A DNA stretch of 64,000 nucleotides, from the NCBI RefSeq assembly GCF_018977255.1, contig NW_024704742.1, positions 78,246,001 to 78,310,000 of the forward strand, given 5' to 3'. Positions 13,698 to 28,100 of the stretch are shown piece by piece. Position 1 is the first letter of the stretch. Each line of letters opens with the position of its first letter. A program made the position numbers and the translations under genes. Under the pieces are notes generated by a model. The model was not told the origin of the DNA. It made no database searches and saw only the letters and a list, made by a program, of their open reading frames with translations. This stretch comes from Callorhinchus milii (taxonomy: Eukaryota).

Positions 13698-16002
13698 CTG
13701 TGGGAAACGCAAAGCCATGCCAAATATTCAGGTGGATTGCTCCGCCTCACCACAATATAATAATAATTTTAATAATCCATGCATTTCATGTAGCACCTTA
13801 TCACGGCATTGAGATGTCTCAAAGCATTTCACAGAATGTAATAATAATAATCCTTGCATTCGATAAAGTGCCTTATCCCGTGTTTAAGACGTCGCAAAGC
13901 ACTTCACCGAATATACTGTAAAGTGAATTGACTGTATATTTTGTGGGCGAAACTGTACATTATGTGGGCGAAATTCATCAGCCAATTGTGCACAGCAATG
14001 TCCCACAAACAGCCATGGAGTGACCACATTTTGTTCTGTGGTGGAGAGGGAGAGCAAGCATTATTACCCCTGGTAAACAATATAGCTGCATTAGTTCATG
14101 GACAGCTAAAAACTACACTAATTAGGAAGGAAATATGACTCCCACTCATAATAATAATTCTTACATTTGATGTAGCACTTTTCACTTCAGGAGAACGTCC
14201 CAAAGGGCATCACAGGATACGTTGTAAAGTGGAATGATTGTGGTTTTGTTGGTGAACACGGCAGCCAATTTGACCACAGCAATGTCCCACAAATAGCTAT
14301 GAAGTGAATGATTGATGCCAGGACATCGGAGAAACTCTTTAACATCCCTCTGAACAGACAGACTTGGCCTCGGTTTAATATCTCATCTGTAGGAAGGCAT
14401 CTCGGACATTGCCACACACCCCAGCACTGCTTTTGCATGTCCAAGTGCCATGACTACACCAACATGACCCAGCCTTGACAGGCCAACCTCTGGGCTCCCA
14501 CTTGCGCATTCTGAACTATTTTCTCTTTAAAGTTCCAGCTTGAGCAAAACTGTGAACCGAAGCACTGCAGAGGTTAACTTAAAAATATCCATGTTACACT
14601 CGAGACAGCTGTTGAGAAATGGCCCTCGCCCACCTCCATCTGATAAACTAGTAAATGATGTTGCTGCACAAGTTCATGCTACTTAATTTTCCCTTGAATG
14701 AAACATTTATCAATCTGCTGCAATATTCAGAGTTAATCTGAAAATGAGAAAACCTATAAGGATGTATTAAAAAGTAATGCTGGTCTTTCCCTGGTTGACT
14801 GATCTAGATGTGGCTGCTCAGCATATTAAAGTGTTCTCATCAAACTGCAAGGTGCAGAATTAACAAGAACTGCCTGGCACGAAGACCTGTGATGTATTCC
14901 AGAGTCGTGTTGCATGATCATCAAATCCCTAACTAACCTCGGAAAACCTAGCCAGGGACATACTTAAGGGCAGAAAGTCGGATTCTGGCTAAGCAGTTGA
15001 GATCTTGAAAAGACTTTGTAGATGTTAGAGAGGATGTATTTCTATGCTTGACTTGCTGCCAGGCGACTGCAATATGAGCATTGCTTTGTACCTAAATTTG
15101 AATGTGTAGGTGAGATACATGCGGAAAACCTAGTTGGGTTGGAAACTCTTGAGCTTGGCGATGGGTTTCTGATTGTGTCAAGACACCTTGCTGACTCCCC
15201 CCAAAAGTGTGTATAATGTTGAAAAGCATGTCACAAGAGTTTTCTGCAAACAAAAACAACAACAAATTTCATTTATATTTATATTTATATTTAGGAGGAC
15301 GTCCTAAATGCTGGATAATGAGGGATTTGCACCTGAGCCGCGAGTTGGGATCAGAGAGTGGCAGAGGGCAAGAGGATTGGAGAAGGGAGGATGACCAAAG
15401 GCACGGTCGAAAAGGAAAGTCTTCAGATGGGCTAGAAGGAGGCAAGAGAGGAGGGAAGACGGAGGAGCTCTGGGATGAAGTTCCAGACAGAGAAGGCAGA
15501 AAAACTGAAGGCCTGAGTACTGGTAGTGCATCAGGCAGGGCAGGGACAGAGAGCAGGCCAGTGCCTGCAGAGCTGAGGGAGCGGACAGGTTGGTGAAGTT
15601 TTAATACGTCGCAGAGCAAGATCATGGAGGGATTTAAAGATGAAAATTCAATAAGGCTGTAGAATAAAGCTGCCCTTTAATGTGCAGTGATTGTGTATTT
15701 GTTGGCCAGGACACTCGGAGGAACCACTTTCTCTTTTCAATTAGGGCCACGGGATCTTTAACATTCATCGGAATAGTCAGACGGGACTACGGTTTAATAT
15801 TTCATCTAAAGGACGGCACCTCGAGCAATGCAGCACACACACAGCACTGGAGGATCTGACCATGACCTTCTGGCTTAGAGACAAAAGTGCTTCCGGTTGA
15901 GCCAGGCTCAAAAATCTCTCAGAGCTCATCATTGCAGTGTTTTATTTTTGTTCTTTCTCCTTCATTTTTTACTTATTTATTTTTATTTTTATTGAGTCGC
16001 GG

Positions 16003-16188
16003 GCCAGCGAGCGGCAGCGACAGTCGAGCCAGTGAGCGGTAGCGACAGTCGAGCCAGCGAGCGGTAGCGACAGTCGAGCCAGCGAGCGGCAGCAACAGTC
16101 GAGCCAGCGAGCGGCAGCGACAGTCGAGCCAGCGAGCGGCAGCGACAGTCGAGCCAGCGAGCGGCAGCGACAGTCGAGCCAGTGAGCG
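16003..16188 (+). repeat. 25-bp GC-rich tandem repeat, about 7.4 copies (cagtcgagccagcgagcggcagcga)
   Basis: cagtcgagcc recurs at 16021, 16046, 16071, 16096, 16121, 16146 and 16171. Confidence 0.97.
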
Positions 16189-16189
16189 T

Positions 16190-16470
16190 CAGGGCCTCGA
16201 AAACCCAGGTAAGCCGAGCGGGTCTCACGGAAGTTAAGTCACACAAGGCAGCGGCTGGTCTCCCGGGGATCAGAACCAGTGTCAGCTAGAGGCAGGAGCC
16301 GGTAACTGCCGGCTGGGCCGGGGGTCTCGTGGACCTTGAGCTGGGGCGGGTATCACAGAGATCGAGCGGCGGCCTTTACCGGTCGGGGGAGCCGCCATTT
16401 TTGACTTCCACAATTTCCCGCCATTCTGCGTGACGTCAAGTCCGCCCGCCCGGTTGGAAACCCTGGTAGC
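16190..16470 (+). promoter_or_regulatory. CpG-rich putative internal promoter of the LINE
   Basis: High CpG density; GC box ggggcggg at about 16343; YY1-type gccgccattt at 16391-16400; palindromic CRE tgacgtca at 16431-16438. Confidence 0.5.
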
Positions 16471-19400
16471 AGCTACAGCCCAGTGTACCACAGTACAGCC
16501 TGTACCAGTGTCTCCCTCCCTCCCACTCTCTGTCTGTCTGTCTGTCTGCCCTGTCCTTCCCCTGCAGGCTGCTCGTTGCTATCCATAATGAGTGCCCTCC
16601 CAGCTCTGTGCCAACTCTAGCCCCTACAGCCTCCTGCAGGCTGACAATGTCCCACTAAACCGGTCGCCTCTCGTCCCAGCGTGTGCATCTTGGATGCCGC
16701 CCCCACCTCGAGCTGGCCCTCCCTCAAAATGCCCCCCTGCCTGCAACTCTCCCGCTCTGTCTTGCTCCCTCTCCGCTCTCCCCACCTCCTATCTCTGCTT
16801 GACGCCCCCCACTGCCTCCCTCTGCTTCAGCCTGGGAATCCTCTGCCGGGCTCATCGTGGCACTCAGCGTTGGCTGTCCAGCAGCAGCCACATCGGCTTT
16901 CCCATTCCCCACTACCGCTGCAAGCCACCCCGGACCCTGACCCCAGGGGCTAACCTCTCCTCCCTCATCTACATCCCCACCCTCCCTCCCAACCATTCCA
17001 CTACCCCCTCCCATCCCACAAATCCCCCTGTCAACTGTCTACTCCGCATTGGACTTCAAAATGTCCGCTCCATCTCCAATAAGACCCTGGTCATCAATGA
17101 ACTCATCCTCGATGAGAACATTGACATCATGGCACTCACAGAAACCTGGATCACCCCAGGTAACACCTTCCCCCTCACTGAGGACACACCACCAAGCTAC
17201 ACCAACCACCATGCCCCATGTCTCAACCGTCCTGGCGGTGGTGTGGCCCTCATATCCAGGGCCTCATTTGCCCTATCCCCCTATTCCACCGGCTCGTTCC
17301 CCTCTTTCGAACACCTTATGCTCTGCCATCCCTCCCACCTCTCTCTGAAAATTCTCTTACTTTACCGCCCCCAAAATCCTCTCCCACCTTCATCTCTGAC
17401 ATCTCCACCCTCTTTGCTTCCCTCTGCCTCTGCTCTGACCGCCTCATCATCGTAGGCGACTTCACCCGCTCCTGCTCCATCTCCTCAGACTCCTCCTCTC
17501 TCCTCTCCTCTCTCAACCTCTCCCTCCACATCCACTCTGCTACCCACACCCACGGTCACCCACTTGACCTAGTGATCATCCGGGGCCTCAGCGTCTCGGA
17601 TGTCACCATCACTGACAAGGCCATCTTTGACCACCATTTCATCTCCCTCAACTCCTACATCCCTCTCCCCACTGCCTCCAAACCTACCACCATCTTTTAC
17701 TGCCCGTGGAAGAAGATCTCCCCGCAATCCCTCTCCGCTGCCCTGGTGTCCTCTGATCTCCTATCCCTTGGCCCACCTCTTGCAACAACCCACACACTGT
17801 ACTCACTCTTCTCCACAGCAGCCTCTCCACCACACTTGACGTCCTTACTCCCCTCACCTCCCGAACTGCCTCCTATTCCCTATCCTCACCCTGGTTCATC
17901 AGCTACCTCCGCTTGCTCAAGGGCCAGGTGCGGGCTGCCGAACGCACTTGGCTCAAATCCGGCCTAACGGTTCACCACCACATCTGGCTGGACTTCATCA
18001 AGAACTACCGCTCCGCTCTCGCCTCAGCCAAATCATCCTTCTATTCCAGGTTAATCCTGGAGGCGAAAAGCAATCCCAGGCTCCTGTTTTCCACCACCAA
18101 CCGGCTTCTCCGCCCTCCCTGACATGCATCGCAGATACTTTCCTCTGACTCTCACTGCCAGAAAATGCTGGACTTACTCGAGTCCAGAATCAAGTCTAAA
18201 ATCGAGGGAATCCACTCAGCTGCAACAGCCCTCCCAACTTCCAACCCCTCCCTACCCTCCCGCACACAATTACCCATCCGACAATTACCATCCCTCCTTC
18301 CACACCTTTGAGCCTGTCACCCCCTCCTCTGTCTTCAACACGGTACCCTCCATGAAGTCCTCCACCTGCTCCCTCGACCCCATCTCTACCCCTCACCTTA
18401 AATCCCAGCTCCAGCTCCTTGCCCCACTACTCATCAACATCATTAACCTTTCCCTGTCATCTGGCACTGTTCCTTCCCCCCTCAAAACAGCCACTATCAC
18501 CCCCACCTTGAAGAAACCTTCCCTCGACCTATCACAGATGTCCAGCTATCGGCCCATCTCAAACTTCCCTTTCCTATCCAAGGTTCTTGAGAGAGCCATT
18601 GCCTCCCAGCTTCGCTCTTTCCTCTCCTCTCACTCCCTCCATGAACCCCTCCAATCGGGTTTCCGTGCTGCCCACAGCTGCTCTGGTCAAGGTCACAAAC
18701 AACATCCTGACCATGAGTGACAAGGGCTCCCTCTGCCTCCTGGTCCTCCTTGACCTCTCCGCCGCCTTTGATACCGTAACCACGCAATACTCCTCCACTG
18801 CCTCTCCTCCCACCTCAACCTTCAAGGTTCTGTCCTTGACTGGTTCAGGTCCTACCTTTCACACTACCTCCACTTTGTCACGGCAAACGGCTTCTCCTCC
18901 AGCCCCCACACTGTCTCGTGCGGTGTTCCTCAGGGCTCTGTCCTTGGTCCCCTCCTTTTAACCCTCTACATGCTCCCCCTTGGTGATGTCATCCGCAGAC
19001 ATGGGCTAAATTTCCACATGTATGTGGATGACACCCAACTCTACCTTTCTGCCTCCAGCCTCAACCCCAGGACTACTGGCGTCCTGACCGACTGCCTGTC
19101 CGACATCAAGTCCTGGACGAGGGACAAATTTCTCCAACTCAACGTCAGCAAGACCGAGGCCTTCCTGATTGGCTCACGCCAGCGCCTCCGCACCTCAGGC
19201 GCTGGCAGCATCAGCCTCCACGGCTGCCCACTCAACCTCACTAAGCCAGTCAGGAACATGCGTGTATTGTCTGACCCCAAACTGTCCTTTTTCCCCCACA
19301 TCCGCGCCATGACCGGCAATGCCTACCACCACCTCTGCAACATTGCCAGATTCTGCCACTGCCTCACCCCTCAGGCTGCCGAAACCCTCACCCACGCATT

Positions 19401-21817
19401 CGTCACCTCAAGGCTTATTACGGGAACTCCCTCCTCATCGGCCTTCCCAACTCTTCCCTTCACAAGCTGTAGATCATCCAAAACTCTGCAGCTCGTGTAC
19501 TCTCACGCACCAGGCTCCATGACCCCATCACTCCCACCCTTGCCCGATTCTACTGGCTCCCCATCCCCCAGAGGATCGAGTTCAAAATCCATGGCCTTGC
19601 CCCCTCCTACCTCTCTGACCTTCTGACTCCCTACCAACCTGCCCACTCCCTCCGTTCAGCAGGCTCCGGTCTGCTCCATGTTTCCCGCCTGACCCACCCT
19701 ACTATCGGTGGCCGGGCTTTCAGTCTCTCTGCCCCCACACTCTGGAACTCCATCCCATGGTCCCTTCCCCTCGCTTCCTCCCTTGCCTCCTTCAAGGCCG
19801 GTCTCAAGACCCTTCTCTTCGACTGTGCCTTTGGTCTCCCTCCCACCTCTCTGCCTTCCCTCACCCCTACACCACCCCTCCCCCATGCTCGGGCCCCGAC
19901 ATCTGACTGTTTAGCTCTTTGGGACATCCTCCCGCCGTGAAAGGCGCTCTATAAATATAATTTTGTTGTTGTTGTTTATTTATTTCCCTTCTCTTTCAGT
20001 TTCCATGAGCCTCACAGTGGATCAGAAGGCAATGAATTGTACCCTCTGCCCATTCGGTTCTTGCGATGTCTGAGAGTGGCTGATCTTGTGCTTTTTGCCT
20101 TTCTCCCTATGGAGTTGTGCTTCCTCTGTACTTTATTTCTCCCCACACCCCATTGCATTTCTCCACTCTTCCTCCCAATAGTATTGTCAAAATCAGAATT
20201 TAGCAGGTAATTTGTAATTTTCAGCAAAATTGTAATTAATACAATTAATGTCAATTCTTGAATATTGCAGCAAGCTGATGAATGTTTCATTCTTAGGAAA
20301 ATATAGAAGCTTGAGATTGTGAGGCATTATCACTTACTATCATATCAGACACTGCCCACCAGAGTGTAAATTCACAATTTCCACCCATATTCAGTTTATA
20401 AAGCAAAATGATATTGCCCCTCCACACCGCAGATGGTTTAAACGACGACAATTTACATTTATATAGTGTCTTTCACATCAGGGAGACATCTTGAGGAGGT
20501 TCGCATAACTGACAGGGAGGCTGAGGTGTTGGGTGGGTTGGCATGTAGAAAGGTGTCTGAAAGCGCAGTCAAAGAGATAGTTCTTAAAGGTTGCTGGTGT
20601 CAAGCACCATGAATAAGGGACAATAGTTACAATACAAAATTACATTTGTATAGCGCCTTTCAGTTGGGAGAACATCCTAAGGTGCTGGACAATCAGGGAT
20701 TTGGACCCGAGCAGGGGAGGTCGGGGATAGGAGAGGGGGGAGGGTAGGGAGGGTGGCCAAAGGCGCAGTCGAAGAGGAGGGTCTTGAGACATGTCTTGAA
20801 GTGGAGGGAGGGAGAGAGGCAAAGGAAATGTAGGATGGAGTTCCAAAGGGTGCAGTCAGAGAGGCTGAAGGCTCTCTGGAGTTGGAGCGGGCTGGGCAGG
20901 AGACGTGGAGCAGGCCAGAGCCTGCTGAGCGGAGGGAGTGGACAGGTTGATAAGGGGTTAGTTATGGGTGGAAGATGGCTCTACAGGAGTGGAATAGTTA
21001 TTGCAGTTATTGGTTAAATTCCAGCAGTACCTCAACACACTCTCTGGGGTTCCAAAGCCTGGCTCTCGCCAACCTATGCTTAGTTCTCTCCAAGATTAAG
21101 TAAGCAAGGTGCATCCCTCTGGGGAGGGTGCACATTTCATTCTGGACATGGAAATTTCCATGTGAAGGTAGCATACATATGTGGAACTCTCAGACTAGTT
21201 TGGATACTCTTAAGCATGGTGAGGGGTTTCCGACACCTAGCTGAGGCTACAGAACAACATCTGTTGGAGTCTGGAGTGTGGAGTTCATTTGCCGCCAGAA
21301 ATTTCACATCAATATTAAAAAGGGGAAGAAGCAGATTCCTCTGCATTCCTTATCTTTACGTGCATCCACAAATTATTTTTATTCTGGATTAATGTGTGTG
21401 CAAATAAATTACAATTAGCATATATCGATAATACGTTACCGTTATGAATCAAACTAATATATATTCCATGGTTGTAAAGATAGGGCAGGGAGCTTTTGAG
21501 TTTAATGAAAAATATGGTAATTCTGCTGCTGTTGAAAGGTACTATTCCTTGACCGTCAGCTCTGACAAAGTGAAAATGAAACCAATCAATTTGGTTTTGT
21601 CACAGTCAAAATCTCTACCAAACTACCGTATTTACTCAAAATGTGAGGCAGCCCTGTCATGTAGCGACTGTATTTACAGGCAAATGCGGCAGCCATTTTA
21701 CATCACCAAGGTCCCACTTCATAGCTTGCTTTGTCTTGACGATCTGATAAGGCACTATATCGAATGCAAGCATTATTATCATTCAAAGCACTGTCCCGTT
21801 GCCAGGCAGTGCTCTCA

Positions 21818-22170
21818 ATAATAATAATAATCCTTGCATTTGGTATAGTGCCTTATCGCATCTTCAAGGCGTCTTAAAACGCTTCACAGAATATACTGTA
21901 AATTGAATTGACTGTATATTTTGTGGGCAAAACGCGATAGTCAATTGTGCACAGCAGTGTCCCACAAACAGTCGTGGATTGAGTACCAATTTATTATTTT
22001 TTTTTTTTGAAGGAATTATTACCCCCGGAAAAATTGACTAATAAGCGAGTTCCTACTTACTGCTAGGTAAACAGAGGCACGTGGAGAAGGAAACTTGCCC
22101 AACATTTTACCCTGCGGGGAATCAAATCCAGGTCTCTCGCTTGTGAGGCAAGAGCTAGAGCTACAGCACT
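21818..22170 (-). mobile_element. Older, longer subfamily of the tRNA SINE (also about 4228-4545, 25858-26209 and 30420-30660 on -, 27220-27495 on +)
   Basis: Same head and tail, with an extra internal segment (acccccggaaaa...gttcctacttactgctaggtaaacag). Confidence 0.8.
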
Positions 22171-25100
22171 CGATGGCAATCTATGTGAGTTTAGATGATT
22201 AGAATCCAGCAGTAGCCCAATACCCTTTGGAGTCCCCAAGCCTTGGCTGTTGCCAATTGGTGCCTAATGCTCTCTGAAATTAGGTAAATTGGACATGTCC
22301 CTCCAGGGAGACAGTGTGCATTCCATTCCATTAACTATCTGAGGAATTTCCGTGTGTAGGTGGGATGCATGGAATTCTTAGTTTGGTTTGGACATTCTGT
22401 GATGGGCTTCTGTATGTGTCAGACATCCAGCTGACCAAATTAAATTCCACAAGCAGAAATTAACCTTGAGGATTGGTGGCTGACCAGGACACCAGGAGAT
22501 CATTATGTGATCTTTAGTGTCCACCTGAACAGGCAGACAGAATCTCCGTTTAATGCTTTGTGCCACCTCTGACAATATGGTACTCCCCAGCACTGTACTG
22601 GAGTGCCAGTCTAGATGGTGAGCTCAACAACAACAACAACTTTATGTAGTGTCCTTCATGAAGAGTAGTGTCCAAGAGCTCAAACCTGGAATTCACAAGT
22701 TTCTAACCCAGAGGCGAGAGAGTCACTGTATTTGAACTTATTAATGAGATTCACCTTGATAAAATTGATCTGAAAGTACCAAGGCACATCAAAAAAAATC
22801 AAATTATCTTTCCCCACAGATGCACTTAACATCATCTTTCACATGATCACATAAGATGCTGAAAATAACGAGAACTCTAACTTAGTCACCTTCGGAGATG
22901 TGGTGAGACTTGGAGGCACTTAGACACAGATAGGCTGGTCTGAGCAAAGACTCCAGGGGAAACGATAGTGCTGATGTGGTCAGTTGGGAGAAGGGGGATG
23001 AAATGTTATCTGAGGAGAGCAGCAGGCCACAGCTGACAAGTGAATCAGAAACAGGAACCGGAGGAGACCACCACCCCATTGAGTCTGTTCTGCCAATTAG
23101 ATCATGACAGATCTTATAATGTCTTTTCCCTCGACCCCTTAATACGCTTTGAATACTTTAACTTTCCAAGTATCAATCCTAGCTTCTCTTTTAAACATGC
23201 CAATTGATTTCTGTCCAAGTGCTCTTCTGCGACATTGCAATCCATATTATCACAACTCTCTGTATGAAGAAGTGCTTTCTGATCGCAGTTCCAATCATTA
23301 TTAGCATTAATTCTAAGATTATGTTTTGGATGCCTCTACCAGAGGCTGGTTGATTCCCTTCATTACTTTAACCTTATTATTAAATACTTCATTAAACACC
23401 TTTCTGACTGGAGATAGATGAATATTACAACATTCATCAGAATTTTCAGATCCAGTCTCGATGCTAACAGTTTAACCAGCAATTGGCCATACCAATTAAT
23501 GGAAAACTATAAAAGGCATTAGCATTCTGTCTTTCTTGAGGAGAGTGGGTGATGGAGCTGGCATTATATCCTCACACCGCTGTTTCCCACTAGCTACTGT
23601 AGATACTGATTGAGAACTCTCCGCTCGTATGCTCACCTACATTCTGTATACCCCCATCACACCAGTCTTCACCAGGCTCTACTGGCTCCCTATCATAGAA
23701 CGGATTGATTTCAACATCTTCTCACTCATCAAACAATTCCTTGATGCCCTGGCAACTCCCTATCTTTCTGACCTGCTTTCTCCCCACTTTAGATTTTAGA
23801 TTGAAGACCTTCCTCTTCGACCGTGCTGACGGTCACCTCCTCCCCACTCCACCCGACTTAGCATCAGGCTCCGGCACTGATAAGTGCTTCGAGACACTGC
23901 ACCCAGTGAAGGGCGATATATAAATGCAAATTGTTGTGGTTGGTGTATCAATTTGGGAGTTGCTTGATTATAAAGGAAGCATAGTGAAGCCTCAAGAAGA
24001 CATTTCTCCTTTTACTTTAAGGCTCCAAACTAGCTTTGGATTGATGAACTGAATAACAGGCCATTCTCTCCGGCTCCAGCTCCAGCTGCAGGCAAATGTC
24101 TCCAGCTTCTTGAGGAGAAATTTCACCTGCGTTTAAATTTATTGGTCTTTGTCAGCATTTAAGAATGTGCTGAAATTCTTAAATTCAGTCTTAATTTTGG
24201 ATCATAGAATTATAGAATCTTACAGCACAGGTGCCTGTAAAGGTGCTCTTTGAAAGAGCTATCCAATTAGTCTCACTCCCCCACCCTTTTCCCATAGCCT
24301 TATAATTTTTTTTCTTTTTCACGTATACATCCAATACCCTTTTGAAAGTTATTATCCTCCCCGGTGCTATGTTTCATCATTCCACCAAAGGTCCTTCTCA
24401 ACATACTATGTATTTTGCAGCGATAAGAATTTTTTCCTGTGCCAGCTCCTCTCTCTGATTGAGTGAGCTTTTATATAATAATTAATAATAATCCTATTAA
24501 TAATCCTTGCATTTGATGTAGCACCTTATCACGTCACGATACCTCATAGCACTTCACAGGATATACTGTAAAGTGGTGTAACTGTGCATTTTGCGTGTAA
24601 TCTGTACCAAAGTAATGCCTTGCCATTGTAAAACCTAAATTAGGCATAGTGAACAAAAGGCACATGGGAGTTAATGAGAAGGCACAGTAGTTTCAGTGAA
24701 ATATCTTATAATATATTTTCATTCTTTTTATCCAAAGGGGACACATCTGCTTCTCGAGTGAATGATTCAATGGGGCCATATAATTCCACAAAATGTTCTT
24801 GTAGAGTTGCTTCCTGCTACTTCTCTGGTAATATCTCCATGACTTGCAAAGCTTCTTCAGAAAATTCCTCTGTTAATGGCCTTTGCAGATTTATAGTGGG
24901 GAGATGGTTTCCAAGGTCACAATTGATGCAACCCGATCCTTTTGTAAATATTGTGAATTAGATCCCACTGAGAGTCTAATTGAATTTTGTTCAACATCTG
25001 CAGAGAGAAATTTTGTTGAACTTTCCCTCAAGAGATTAAATAAATAGAATATTTAACAAGGTAGATATCACCTGCTGTACAGAGAGAATGGGCTGAATAT

Positions 25101-28100
25101 CCATTTGTCAAACCTTTTCTTCTGTTAAACAACAGCATTCTCCTCCCCATCTTACCTCACTTCACAACAAATGTCGAGGTGCTCAATTACAGTAGTTGTT
25201 GTTTCCATGCTTTGCCAAACAACTGATGCAGTGACATATAGATTTCAAATGTGCTGTGGATAATAAGTCACACAGCAAGGCTGCACACTCCAAGACAGAA
25301 TCTGAGCAAAACGTACAACTTGGAATGACCTATCACCATGCTAAAGAGTATTCATCCAGACTAATCGATGCACATGGATATTTCCCTTGTTTGGAATGGA
25401 TTCTCCTTCCAGGGATACATCCTGCTTGTTTAATCCAAGAAGGTATCAGGCATAGTTTAATGTAAATCAAGGCATGAGGATCCCAGTTTGTGCACTTAGG
25501 TACTGCTGGAGTTTAACTGGCTATAGTACCTGCCATTCTGAACGGTGTCTGGCAAGCACCAACTGTATAACCTCGGTCCTCAAGTGAGGAGCGTTGGCAA
25601 ACAGACATGTCCTGAAGCAAGATCCACCCCGTTTACCATAAATTCACCTCATCCCTTGCAGTGAATGGAGCATGACAATGAAAAGAGTGTGTGTGGAACC
25701 TAGTATGGGTAACAACATTAGCTGGAGAATACAGGGTGGGAAGTTTGGAATGCCTTGCACTTAAGTGACAAAGGAGTGAATTAGAGGGGGATTGTAGCAA
25801 CAGGGAAAGGTGAAGTAAGGGCGTGTGTGGGTGATGATGTGTAAATGGATATTGGCAATAATAATAATCCTTGCATTTGATATAGTGCCTTATCACATTT
25901 TCTGGACATCTCAAAGCGCTTCACAGAATAGACTGTAAAGTGCATTGACCATATTTTGTGGGCAAAACGCGACAACCAATTGTGCACAACAGTGTCCCAC
26001 AAACAGTCATGGATTGAGTGACCAATTTATTATTATTATTTTTTTTTGAAGGAATTATTACCCCCAGAAAAGCGATACAACAATCTACTAACAACTGGGT
26101 TCCTGCTTACTGCTAGGTAAACATGTGTGTGGAGTAAGGAAACTTGCCCAACGTTTCGCCCTGCCTGGAAATCAAACTCAGTTCTCTGTCCACTAAGCTA
26201 CAGGACTCCACTGTCCAATGGATTTAAATGATTCAGGGATTAAAGGCAAAGTATTTTTTAGAACTACCCCGAAAATCCTTCAGCACTTGACCAAATGTAC
26301 TTTGTGAGAATGTCTTTTCATTTAAAGTCAATGGTAAAGGAAAAGCTGCATGAAATGCAGAGTGCACACCATCCCCATTTCACTAAGTGTATTGTCACAT
26401 TTCACTATTTTGCCTCTTGTTCACTTTGTCATTGTCATGTAGTGGATTTGAATTAACTACTAGTTCTTCCTTAGACATCTGGAAAGAGCAGAACAGAGAA
26501 CAATTCTTGAAGCGAATCTCAAAATAGCTGGAAACAAATTTACATTTACCTGACAGATCACTAAGGAGTAATTATTACCATTTACTTTCACATATTAAAT
26601 CCAATAAATGATGTTGCTTTTCCAAATGAAAGGTTCTTTCTCTAATGGTACATTATTTGATCAATGTGGATTGGGTTAGATTAAGAAAGATGGCAGAGGA
26701 ATCAGGAATAAAAGATTTATACACAAGTGATAAATTGCCAATTAGGATAAAAAAATTTAAACTACTGTGTTGATCAAGCCAAAAGGATTGACAATCAAAT
26801 TGAAACTAACAAGTTTAAAACTGCAATTGTGACAGAGTATCCAAATCCCAATACTGAGAATTTTGCAAATCCATCCCTACTCGATGAGAGAATCAAAGTG
26901 GCTAAAATTTTTGTTGGCATTACACGTAAGGTCTTTGACAATATCAGCTGCGAATGGGCTTTCCCCATTAAATAATAATAACAATCCTTGCATTTGATAT
27001 AGTGCCTTATCATATTGTTGAGATGTCTCAAGGCGTTTCACAGAATGTATTGAAAAGCAGATTGACTGTAAAAAATATAAAATATAAAAATATAAATATA
27101 AAAAATATCAACCAAACATTACTTCCCAAAACACGTAACACTGCAGCCCACTGGTAATCACAATCTGAATCCACACAAAGAGACAGTGAAGTTGACAAAG
27201 CAGCGTTTAAAACACAATGCTTCTGTTTATCTAGCAGTAAGTAAGCATCCGTAAGTTAGTTGATTGGCGTATCGCTTTTCCGGGGTAAAAATCCCTTAAT
27301 ATTTTTCTTAAAATAATAATTTGGTCACTCAATCCATGACTGTTTATGGGACACTGTGGTGCACAATTTGCTGCCGCAATTTGCCTGCAAAATATACAAT
27401 CAATTCACTTTGCAGTATATTCTGTGAAACCCTTTGAGATGTCTCGAAGACGTGATAAGGCGCTATATCAAATGCAAGGTTTATTATCATTATTGTGATT
27501 CTTTGGTATGGCTAGAATGTGTTTCCATGGTTCACTGGGTAAACAGTGTGAGATCCCAGATTTGATCACTCATCTTTGCTGACTTAGCTGATCTCAGCTG
27601 GTGTGTAGAAGGCCAGCAAGTGAAGATAAAAGCCAGTCAGGGTTCCTGCTTCTCATTCATATTTAGCTTGGCTCAGTTGATAGCACTCTCCCCTCTGAGT
27701 CAGAAGGTTATGGGTTCAAACCTCACGTGGGGATTCATATAGTTTATGTTGACTATCTAATGAAGTGCTGGGGGTGTTTTGTACTGTTGCAGTACCATCC
27801 TTCAGATATTAAACCAAGGCAAATTGGCTCCTGTATTTGTCAACAAAATACACAGTCAATACACTTTACATAATACACTGTGAAGTGCTTTGAGAGGTCT
27901 TCCTGACATGAAAGGCACTATACAAATACAAGGATTATTATTATTATTGTTAGAAAGTCTGTAAATGAAGGGTTACGAAAAAAAAAAAATCAATAGCATT
28001 GAGAAATATTCGATGAAGGTGAAAAGAGCAAGAGAAATATAACTTTGAGTAGAAAAGTTTAAAAATAGGAACAACTGGAGGAGTTGAATATAGTCCTAGG

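Larger units (their letters stand above)
15993..19975 (+). mobile_element. Near full-length decayed L2-clade LINE (APE endonuclease + RT, apparently single ORF), antisense in intron 9
   Basis: Frameshifted ORF pieces carry APE motifs (LQNVRSISNK, ALTETW, GGGVAL, IIVGDF, LDLVI, DHH) and RT motifs ([44 protein letters not shown]). The 3' end has the L2-type gtgaaaggcgctctataaat plus a (GTT)n tail. Confidence 0.92.

Noticed and set aside
13138..13921. Plus-strand ORFs overlapping exon 10 as an antisense gene
   Set aside because: Shadow ORFs of a GC-rich coding exon with no recognisable protein features.
15989..16246. ORF across the 25-bp array, or a CRISPR-like array
   Set aside because: Head-to-tail units with no spacers; the ORF is a by-product of a GC-rich repeat.
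19021..19032. YVDD as a novel RT active-site variant
   Set aside because: GTG is most simply CpG decay of GCG (YADD) in a frameshifted dead copy.
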